NCBI RefSeq assembly: GCF_900232105.1
Contig: NZ_LT934425.1
Location: 2,160,001-2,192,000, forward strand
Direction of reading: 5' to 3'
Length of the DNA: 32,000 nt
DNA from: Candidatus Kuenenia stuttgartensis
GTDB lineage: Bacteria > Planctomycetota > Brocadiia > Brocadiales > Brocadiaceae
Below, in pieces: positions 1 to 6,980 of this stretch. Within the stretch, counting starts at the first letter, position 1, and each line of letters begins with the position of its first letter. Made by a program: the position numbers and the translations under genes. The notes beneath the pieces are model-generated. The model ran no database searches. It worked only from the letters and a program-made list of their open reading frames with translations, and was not told the DNA's origin.

Positions 1-10
1 TACGATTGAA

Positions 11-217
11 ATGGAAAAGGACATTTTTATAGCATCCTTAGATGATATAGAGGCATTTGCTTATGCTGATACAGAATTTGAAGCAATTAATCGGTTGTGT
101 GAAGAAATAATCAATATCTATGAAGATTTACAGGCGGACAGAGACAATTTAGGTAAATTCCCTAAAAAATGGTTAACCTTCTTAGAGGAGGTTATTGTAA
201 AAAGTGAAGAAAAATGA
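11..217 (+). CDS. Small acidic antitoxin-like protein (HicB/UPF0150-like candidate). The ORF may extend 5' past the window edge.
   Basis: 68-aa acidic ORF with no in-frame stop between window position 2 and the ATG at 11. It overlaps the downstream basic 89-aa ORF by 14 nt, a typical type II TA layout. The family call is by pattern memory only. Confidence 0.4.
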   Translation: MEKDIFIASLDDIEAFAYADTEFEAINRLCEEIINIYEDLQADRDNLGKFPKKWLTFLEEVIVKSEEK

Positions 218-473
218 AGTAGAAAGGTTATTCAAAAAACTGGAATTGAAGACGCGGTCTACGGGACATAATTATGGGTGGTTGACTGTAAATGAGAAGA
301 AGATATTAAGAGTTCATTACTCTCATGGGAAAGGGGACATTCCCGATAAAATTGTATCTAAGATTAGAGGGCAGTTAAAACTATCTTTAAAGGATTTCAA
401 AGACTTAATTGATTGTTCATTGAATTACAACAATTACATCAACATTTTAAAACAAAAGGGAATCATTGATTGA
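204..473 (+). CDS. Small basic toxin-like protein (HicA/YcfA-like candidate) with a C-terminal extension
   Basis: GTG start at 204 lies inside the end of the upstream ORF. The 89-aa lysine-rich product has the pattern K..E...L.K.....H......H..G.IP.....I..QL.L, resembling HicA mRNA-interferase architecture. Not verified by search. Confidence 0.35.
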   Translation: MKKNEVERLFKKLELKTRSTGHNYGWLTVNEKKILRVHYSHGKGDIPDKIVSKIRGQLKLSLKDFKDLIDCSLNYNNYINILKQKGIID

Positions 474-540
474 TAAAATGGGTGAATGAGTATCTAAATT
501 ATATTACAACCGAGTTTAAAATAGAAAGACAGTTGCGACA

Positions 541-762
541 AGGAGCATTCCCGATTTTTTGTAACCGTTTGTGTGATTGGGGCAAAACAACGCTTCAAGG
601 GATATGGTTTGAACAGGAGCATTTCAGATTTTTGGCTAACTAACTGTACATTGTACCACAAACATCCTGCTTGTGGTATTTTACCCTCAAGCTGGAAACT
701 TGAGTTACTATTCTTCCCCTCCCCCGCTAATGGCATTTTTACAAAAAATCGGGAATGCTCCC
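541..762. mobile_element. MITE family A, long form (copy A1)
   Basis: Termini are AGGAGCATTCCCGATTTTTTGT (541-562) and ACAAAAAATCGGGAATGCTCCC (741-762), which are inverted repeats. An internal second left-end copy (GGAGCATTTCAGATTTTTGG) sits near 606. The element is flanked by the imperfect direct repeat GTTGCGACA / GTTGCAACA. It is homologous to the copies at 4638-4778 and 12217-12710. Confidence 0.8.
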
Positions 763-1800
763 GTTGCAACATAGCGCAGCAAAGCCGTAACCAAAAAGAG
801 TTTAACCACAAAGGACCTAGCGCGGCCTTTGGCCGCAACCAAAAAGGTGATTTTTAGTTTATTATAAAGTATAGTAGTATCCTCGTAAATAGTAATCAGA
901 CAATTTGGAGGACACTACTTATGAATAAGTTGATGGAATTATATCGAGACAGGATCGTGGGTGCAATAAGCGGTCTGGACAGGATTCGTTTTCGCGGGAC
1001 ATTGCGGTGGTTGGCCAGTGAGCGTGGGATGGGAACATTCATGAACCAAGCGAGAATTCTGCTTAAGGATTTTTCCGGTTGGGTCAATGGGCTTACGGCA
1101 CAGGTGCGAGACAGTTGTGAATCGCGGGCGAAAGATTTGGGTATCGAGGTGCGGTATTTGATGAGCAGCGGTGTTGATAAGGAGAAGTTGGCTCGCCAGA
1201 TCGCGGCGGATAAGAGGATTACGGAAGGTTCCATCTGCCTGTTGAGTGTGGTAGAGCCTTGTATTGCGCCGATGGTCAAGGGCAACAAGGCCAGCAAGAA
1301 GCTCGAGTTGGTAATGGCGCCCCGCAAGTGTGTCTTTGTGTATCATTATTTTAATGATCCAGTGTTTGGTTTTGGTCATGTTCGTATCCAGAGTTGGGCG
1401 CCGTTTAATATTTTCATTTGTCTCAATGGTCGTCATTGGCTGGAGCGGCAACTTCAGAAGCAAGGTATTGATTATGTTAAGGACGGCAACTGTTTTGTGC
1501 GTATAGAGGATATTGCGGCTGCGCAGGTTCTGCTCCATGAGCAGCTTAAGACTGACTGGGCGAAGCTGCTGAACGGGCTTGCGTTAGGCAGTTGCCCGGC
1601 ATTGTCGCAGATTCTTCGTCCGTTGGAACCGGAGTATTACTGGTCTGCGGATGAGACGGAGTGGGCGACGGACATCATGTTTAAATCGGTTGAGGCATTG
1701 GAGGAGTTGTTTCCATCGTTTGTTCATCATGCGATGCGGGTTTGCGACAGTTCTTCGGTGATGAAGTATTTGGGTAGGCGTAACCTTGCAGGCGCTGCCC

Positions 1801-3184
1801 CATAAGCGCTAACTTGTTTTAGGTGCGCTCGAAGTATTTTGATATCTGTGTTTTTCGGATTCTTGTATTTTCTGCTAAAGAACAAGCAATGTCATTCCAG
1901 CACTTAAGAACTTCCTGTAATGATAACGCTGGTTCTATAGCCCGTTTTACTTGATTAAGCATAAAAGCAAATTCACGCCATTTGCTTTTAGTCTTCTTGC
2001 TTGACAATGAAGTATCCCCAGGGGGAAAAAGACGTAGCAAAATCTATTAGTTTTTCTGTCAAAAGAGCAACGAATAGTTTGCCATAAAGCCAAGCTTTTG
2101 AGCTATCATCATCGTATTTAGGTAAGTGTCCAAATTGTGCTATTTGTTTAAATCTTTTAAAGACCAGTTCAATTTGCCATCGAACTCGATACCATTCTAA
2201 GATATCAAAAGCGGTAAATTGATTTTCAGGAAACGTTGTGAATACTATTACGTACTTGGCATAAATAAGGGTCTCCGGTTTTAGTTCAATGCCCTTTTTG
2301 CTTGCATGTCTTTTAAGTTTTTTATGAGCTATTTTAATGGCTTCTTCTGTTTTGTGTATTATACAAAGACGACCTTTGACATATTCAGTATTATCAACGT
2401 TTGGAATAAAAACGTTCCATGATTTTATAGCAAGGGGTCTTTTTAAATATTGGATTTCTTTCAATAAAGGAAAGGGTTTCTTTTCTTCGCCGAATATCCG
2501 TAGAGATTGCGAATTAACTCTAACGCTAAGATAAGCGCCTTTCCTTGTTGCATGATGAATTCCTTGGCCAGTACAGTAACCTCTGTCAGCTATAATATAA
2601 TCATCTTTTTTCATCGGAAACTGCCGAAAAGATTCTCCTGTGCCTTCTCCTTCAGTTCCCGTAAGTTTAAAGAAATCGCAAGATAATGAAGGAACCTCAA
2701 TACTATAATGAATGCGCCAAAGACTTCCTGTTTTCCCAGGTTCCTTTACTGTTGTTGCATCAAATAAGCGAAGATGAAAATTATTCCGTTTATTAATTTG
2801 GAGGCCACGCTCACGGAATAAAGATAAACATAATTTATATAGCCATTCTTTGCTCTTTTTTAATCGCTTTAATAAGGCAACATCGGATAAATCTGCTAAG
2901 TTAGCACGCTTGGCTCGAACTACTGTTTCACGCAATGAATAGCCACATCCTAAATGAATTAATAATGTTCGAAGAAGCTTTTCTTCAGATTTATCCTTGC
3001 GCAAGCCTTTTAAAGCATTTGTATCAACGGCTAAACTTTTCCAATCGTTTGGGAAGAAAGTTCTTAGAAGATCCCAATCTTCTCTCATCATGGCTTTATC
3101 CTCCTATAGAGTGATTAGCGGGATAATTAACATAAAAATACCATGATGAATAAAATTTGTCAATAAAACAAGTTAGCGCTTATG
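1801..3184 (-). mobile_element. IS4-family insertion sequence, 1384 bp, complete ends
   Basis: Perfect 21-bp terminal inverted repeats: CATAAGCGCTAACTTGTTTTA at 1801-1821 and its reverse complement at 3164-3184. An 11-bp target-site duplication AGGCGCTGCCC lies at 1790-1800 and 3185-3195 (12 bp if the terminal C is counted). One DDE transposase ORF lies inside. Confidence 0.9.
1988..3091 (-). CDS. IS4-family DDE transposase (367 aa as called; possibly frameshifted near its 3' end)
   Basis: Candidate DDE residues sit in LFDATTV, IIADRGY and WQIELVF. The IS4 signature Y-x2-R-x3-E-x6-K is present in YRVRWQIELVFKRFK. An ORF in another frame (1819-2040) continues to within 18 nt of the left TIR, past a T5C5TG4 run. 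Confidence 0.85.
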   Translation of the reverse strand: MMREDWDLLRTFFPNDWKSLAVDTNALKGLRKDKSEEKLLRTLLIHLGCGYSLRETVVRAKRANLADLSDVALLKRLKKSKEWLYKLCLSLFRERGLQINKRNNFHLRLFDATTVKEPGKTGSLWRIHYSIEVPSLSCDFFKLTGTEGEGTGESFRQFPMKKDDYIIADRGYCTGQGIHHATRKGAYLSVRVNSQSLRIFGEEKKPFPLLKEIQYLKRPLAIKSWNVFIPNVDNTEYVKGRLCIIHKTEEAIKIAHKKLKRHASKKGIELKPETLIYAKYVIVFTTFPENQFTAFDILEWYRVRWQIELVFKRFKQIAQFGHLPKYDDDSSKAWLYGKLFVALLTEKLIDFATSFSPWGYFIVKQED

Positions 3185-3934
3185 AGGCGCTGCCCCTGAT
3201 GAGGTTATCAGCGACTATCGAAGACGCTATGAAGGTATACGGGTCAAGCACAGTGTGAATTATAATTCAGTGAAGATGTATAACAAGAGCGGTAGTCTCT
3301 TGCGTATTGAGACAACGATCAATAATACGCGGGACTTTAAGGTCTTTCGGAGTCCCAATGATGATGAAGGCAAACCGGCGTCATGGCAGAAGATGCGTAA
3401 GGGCGTAAGCGATCTTCATCGACGGTGTGAGGTGAGCCAACAATGCAATGATCGTTATGGGGATGCTTTGGCGGCGGCTCAGGTAGAGGAGAAACTGAAA
3501 GAAGTGGTGAGCAGCGCTTGTAACAAGGTTGTCAAAGAGGGCAAGAGGTATCGAGGTTTGAATCCCTGGCAGCAGGATGATTACCAGATGCTGATGTTCC
3601 TGTCCAAAGGCGAAAACGCGATAAATGGATTCCGCAACCATGATTTGCGTAAGTGGCTTTACCGGGAATCCGAACAATCCGGCAAGGATCAGCAAAAGAA
3701 ATATTCCGGACGAACGACCCGACGGATAAAGATGCTGCGGGCACACGGTCTAATCCGCAAAGTTCCGAGGGCCAACCGCTATGTTTTGACGGAGAAAGGC
3801 CAGAAGTTCTCTTGTTCACTGATGACCGCTTCAGCCCTTGATATTAAAGCACTTACGGAAATGGCGGCATGAAAAACACGCATAAAAAACAAGAAATTGA
3901 TGGATAGTAGTACAAAGAAAAACCTACAAAAAAT

Positions 3935-4014
3935 GTCATTGCGAGGAGTGGAGCGACGAAGCAATCTCTTGTTCCCAAAAGACTTAAGATTGCTTCGCTG
4001 TAGCTCGCAATGAC
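3935..4014. repeat. Imperfect inverted repeat / hairpin (GTCATTGCGAG ... CTCGCAATGAC)
   Basis: Arm 3935-3967 (GTCATTGCGAGGAGTGGAGCGACGAAGCAATCT) pairs with arm 3987-4014 (AGATTGCTTCGCTGTAGCTCGCAATGAC). It lies just 3' of the interrupted gene. It could be a terminator or a short dispersed repeat. Confidence 0.5.
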
Positions 4015-4095
4015 GGTATCAATGTAGATATTTTAATGAAACGTTATACTAGTAATAATATATCCCCTGATATGCTGGTTTGATATGTTAAAAAC

Positions 4096-4497
4096 ATGAA
4101 TAAAATAGAACAAATATTCGATGACTATCGCATGATAGCAATTATCATCTATGCTGAATATGAAAAAGAGGGCATTGAATTCTTAACGCCTGATAATTTC
4201 TCACAGCAGCTTGCATATATGAAACGTCCTGCCGGATATACAATTCAGGCGCATATCCATAAACCCGTTCCAAGAAATGTTAAATATACGCAGGAAACCT
4301 TGTTTATAAAAAAGGGCAAGGTTAAGATAAATTTCTACAATGAAGAAAAACAATATCTGGATTGCAGGACATTAAAAGCAGGCGATGTAATCCTGCTTGT
4401 CTCAGGCGGCCATGATTTTTTGATGCTTGAAGATACAGAAATGATTGAGGTTAAACAGGGACCCTACGCTGGTGAAGAGGATAAGGAGAGGTTTTAA
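4096..4497 (+). CDS. Cupin-fold protein, probable sugar-nucleotide modifying accessory enzyme
   Basis: 133-aa ORF with the cupin-like metal motif region G.TIQAHIH followed by beta-rich segments (GDVILLVSGGHDF). It is the first gene of a glycan-type operon. Confidence 0.55.
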   Translation: MNKIEQIFDDYRMIAIIIYAEYEKEGIEFLTPDNFSQQLAYMKRPAGYTIQAHIHKPVPRNVKYTQETLFIKKGKVKINFYNEEKQYLDCRTLKAGDVILLVSGGHDFLMLEDTEMIEVKQGPYAGEEDKERF

Positions 4498-4505
4498 GAG
4501 ATAAA

Positions 4506-4525
4506 GATTGAGATTGAGGTTGAGG
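4506..4525. repeat. Hexamer repeat (ATTGAG ATTGAG GTTGAG) complementary to the 5028-5051 repeat
   Basis: GATTGAGATTGAGGTTGAGG lies directly upstream of the ATG at 4527. Its reverse complement matches the (CTCAAC)4 tract at the 3' end of the same gene. Confidence 0.7.
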
Positions 4526-4637
4526 AATGTATAAAAGTTTCAGGGAAATGCCTATATGGAGTGAGGCAATGGAGATGGCAGAATCAGTTCTCCGGCTAAC
4601 GGAATCTCTTCCAAAGAAAGAGGATTATGGTCTAACT

Positions 4638-4778
4638 GGGTGCATTCCCGATTTTTTGTGACTTCCGCCATGTTTTAATAAAACGTACAGTAGTGTTAAC
4701 CCTGACAGGGTTTCAAACCCTGTCAGGGTTGTTTTGCCCCAACTCCATGAACACTTACAAAAAATCGGGAATGCTCCC
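4638..4778. mobile_element. MITE family A, short form (copy A2), 141 bp
   Basis: TIRs are GGGTGCATTCCCGATTTTTTGT and ACAAAAAATCGGGAATGCTCCC. A perfect 8-bp TSD GTCTAACT lies at 4630-4637 and 4779-4786. It carries an internal perfect palindrome, AACCCTGACAGGGTTTCAAACCCTGTCAGGGTT. Confidence 0.9.
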
Positions 4779-5027
4779 GTCTAACTTCTCAAATACGACG
4801 GGCAGCTTTAAGTATCCCCGCAAACATTGCAGAGGCATTTGGTCGGTATCATATAAACGACAAAATTAATTTCTATTATTTTTCCAGAGGTTCAGTAGCA
4901 GAGACGCAAAACCACCTGGGATATGGTTTGATAGTAAGATATTTTCACCAGGCAGATATAAGTATGATTGACCACAAGCTAAACAAATTATATGAATCTA
5001 TTAATCGCCTCATCAAATCCCTAAAAT

Positions 5028-5051
5028 CTCAACCTCAACCTCAACCTCAAC
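5028..5051. repeat. (CTCAAC)x4 tandem hexamer, encoding the (QP)n tail
   Basis: Four perfect CTCAAC units, complementary to the hexamers at 4506-4525. Confidence 0.8.
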
Positions 5052-5067
5052 CTGGATATACCAAACT

Positions 5068-6201
5068 ATGATCCCCGTCAACGAACCACTGCTAACCGGC
5101 AATGAAAAGAAATACCTGGCAGAATGCATCGATACCGGCTGGATATCTTCGGAAGGGCCTTTTGTCCGCCAGTTTGAACAGGGTATTGCTGCGCGTGTAT
5201 CCAGAAGGCATGGAATCGCCGTAAGCAACGGCTCTGTTGCGCTGGAGGCGGCGGTTGCAGCCCTCGGCATCGGAGAGGGAGATGAGGTTATTATACCCAC
5301 CTTTACCATAATATCCTGTGCTGCTGCTGTCGTTCGTGCCGGTGCAATGCCAGTTTTGATAGACTCTGACCCCATTACCTGGAATATTGATGCGGAGAAA
5401 CTCAAGATTAAGCTTAAGGATGAGATTGATAGGAAAGGGAACAAGAAAATAAAGGCGATTATGGTGGTTCATATCTACGGCCTTCCCGTGGATATGGAAC
5501 CAATATTAGAACTGGCAGAAAAATACCGTCTCTTGATTATTGAAGATGCGGCAGAGATGCTAGGGCAAACATATAAGGGGCAGCCATGTGGCAGTTATGG
5601 CGATATAAGCACAATGAGTTTTTACCCTAACAAGCATGTAACCACCGGCGAAGGGGGAATGATTTTGACCGATAGTGACGCGTTAGCAGAGAAATGCCGC
5701 TCTTTGAGAAACCTCTGTTTTCTGGCTAAGAAAAGATTTGTTCATGAGGAACTTGGCTGGAATTTTCGAATGACCAATCTTCAGGCAGCCGTTGGAATAG
5801 CACAGATGGAACAACTGGATGTGTTTGTTATAAAAAAACGCAAAATGGGACAAAAATACACCGAACTTCTATCCGACATTAAATCAATTGACCTGCCGGT
5901 ACAAAAAACGGATTATGCAGAAAACATCTATTGGGTTTATGGCATTGTGCTAAAAGACGAAATCCCTTTTGACGCAGAAGAAGCCATGAAACGATTGGGT
6001 GAGAAAGGCATCGGTACCCGTCCGTTTTTCTGGCCGATGCATGAACAGCCGGTATTCAAAAAGATGGGGTTCTTTAAAGGAGAATCTCATCCAGTTGCTG
6101 AAAGGATTTCCCGCCGTGGATTTTATATCCCCAGCGGTCTTGCCTTAACGGATAACCAAATAAATGAAGTTTCCCGGGCGCTACACGAGGTGCTGGCATG
6201 A
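5068..6201 (+). CDS. DegT/DnrJ/EryC1/StrS-family PLP-dependent sugar aminotransferase (perosamine-synthase-like)
   Basis: The 377-aa product has the N-terminal pattern IPVNEPLLTGNEKKYLAECIDTGWISSEGPFV and AVSNGSVALEAA. The PLP-lysine region is SFYPNKHVTTGEGG. ATGA overlaps occur at both gene boundaries. Confidence 0.85.
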   Translation: MIPVNEPLLTGNEKKYLAECIDTGWISSEGPFVRQFEQGIAARVSRRHGIAVSNGSVALEAAVAALGIGEGDEVIIPTFTIISCAAAVVRAGAMPVLIDSDPITWNIDAEKLKIKLKDEIDRKGNKKIKAIMVVHIYGLPVDMEPILELAEKYRLLIIEDAAEMLGQTYKGQPCGSYGDISTMSFYPNKHVTTGEGGMILTDSDALAEKCRSLRNLCFLAKKRFVHEELGWNFRMTNLQAAVGIAQMEQLDVFVIKKRKMGQKYTELLSDIKSIDLPVQKTDYAENIYWVYGIVLKDEIPFDAEEAMKRLGEKGIGTRPFFWPMHEQPVFKKMGFFKGESHPVAERISRRGFYIPSGLALTDNQINEVSRALHEVLA

Positions 6202-6980
6202 AGGTTTTTGATAAATACTCCGAGTATTATGATATTCTCTATAACGACAAAGATTATGCTTCCGAGGCGGGTTTTATTGATACTATCATTAAAAAATACC
6301 GGCCAAATGCAAAATCAATCCTGAATCTCGGGTGCGGCACGGGAACCCATGATTTTCTCTTAGCACAAAAAGGATACGATATTACCGGCATAGACTGTTC
6401 CGGATCTAACATCAAAAAAGCGAACTCAAAACTTACAGATATCGATAAATTTAAAAATTGCCTGGAGTTCCATGAAGGTGATGTTCGCATCTACAGAGCA
6501 AATAAAACCTATGACATTGTTATTTCGCTGTTTCATGTAATCAGTTACCAAATTACTAATGCGGACTTGAAATCTGTTTTTGAAACTGTAAAGATACATC
6601 TGAATAATAATGGGCTTTTTATTTTTGATTGTTGGTACGGACCTGCAGTATTGCATGTGCGACCTGAAACGAGAATTAAGCGAGTAGAGAGTAAAGATAC
6701 CAGAATAATCAGGATTGCAGAACCGGAAATATTTCCAAACGAGAATAAGGTGCATGTAAAGTATCACGTATTCGTCATTGACAAAGTTACCAATAATGTT
6801 ACTGAAATCAGGGAAACCCACCCTATGCGGTATTTATTTAAGCCGGAGATAGATGAATTAGTATCTGTTTCAGGATTAAACACTTTAGAATGTGCCGAAT
6901 GGATGACGGACAATCCTTTAGGTTTAAATACATGGAAGGCTTATTTTGTCGCTACAAAGCAAATGGCGGTTGCTAAATGA
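6198..6980 (+). CDS. Class I SAM-dependent methyltransferase
   Basis: 260 aa. Motif I is ILNLGCGTGTHDFLLAQKGYDITGIDCS. A 4-nt ATGA overlap occurs with both neighbours. Confidence 0.8.
   Translation: MKVFDKYSEYYDILYNDKDYASEAGFIDTIIKKYRPNAKSILNLGCGTGTHDFLLAQKGYDITGIDCSGSNIKKANSKLTDIDKFKNCLEFHEGDVRIYRANKTYDIVISLFHVISYQITNADLKSVFETVKIHLNNNGLFIFDCWYGPAVLHVRPETRIKRVESKDTRIIRIAEPEIFPNENKVHVKYHVFVIDKVTNNVTEIRETHPMRYLFKPEIDELVSVSGLNTLECAEWMTDNPLGLNTWKAYFVATKQMAVAK

Larger units (their letters stand above)
921..3872 (+). pseudogene. Conserved hypothetical gene (518 codons when reconstituted) interrupted by an IS4-family element. The C-terminal region looks winged-helix-like.
   Basis: ORF 921-1805 and ORF 3255-3872 are in the same frame once IS 1801-3184 plus one TSD copy is removed. 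Codon phase of the duplicated AGGCGCTGCCC is identical in both copies. The joined reading is ...LAGAAP-DEVISDYRRRYEGIRVKHSVNYNSVKMYNK... I do not recognise a family. Confidence 0.75.
4527..5071 (+). pseudogene. Four-helix-bundle protein gene (23S rRNA intervening-sequence protein family), disrupted by a MITE
   Basis: The 5' part reads MYKSFREMPIWSEAMEMAESVLRLTESLPKKEDYGLT. After the 141-bp MITE plus 8-bp TSD (149 bp, a frame shift of 2), the 3' part reads SQIRRAALSIPANIAEAFGRYHINDKINFYYFSRGSVAETQNHLGYG...SQPQPQPQPGYTKL. The stop TGA at 5069-5071 overlaps the ATG of the next gene. The motif pattern (IRRAA.SI.ANIAEG.GR...E...F...A.GS..E) is typical of this family. Confidence 0.8.

Noticed and set aside
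494-857. Two overlapping ORFs (114 aa on the minus strand, 94 aa on the plus strand)
   Set aside because: They lie on MITE copy A1 and adjacent hairpin sequence. The same DNA recurs at 4638-4778 and 12217-12710 in non-coding contexts, and the translations are low-complexity.
896-1538. Antisense ORFs (143 aa and 199 aa) opposite the 5' half of the interrupted 518-codon gene
   Set aside because: They fall entirely within a better-supported sense ORF. They have no recognisable motifs, and their composition is typical of shadow ORFs.
870-3918. Short direct repeat ATAGTAGTA upstream (about 873) and downstream (about 3905) of the 518-codon gene, considered as possible ends of a larger mobile element
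   Set aside because: It is only 9 nt, AT-rich, not inverted and has no TSD, so it is compatible with chance.
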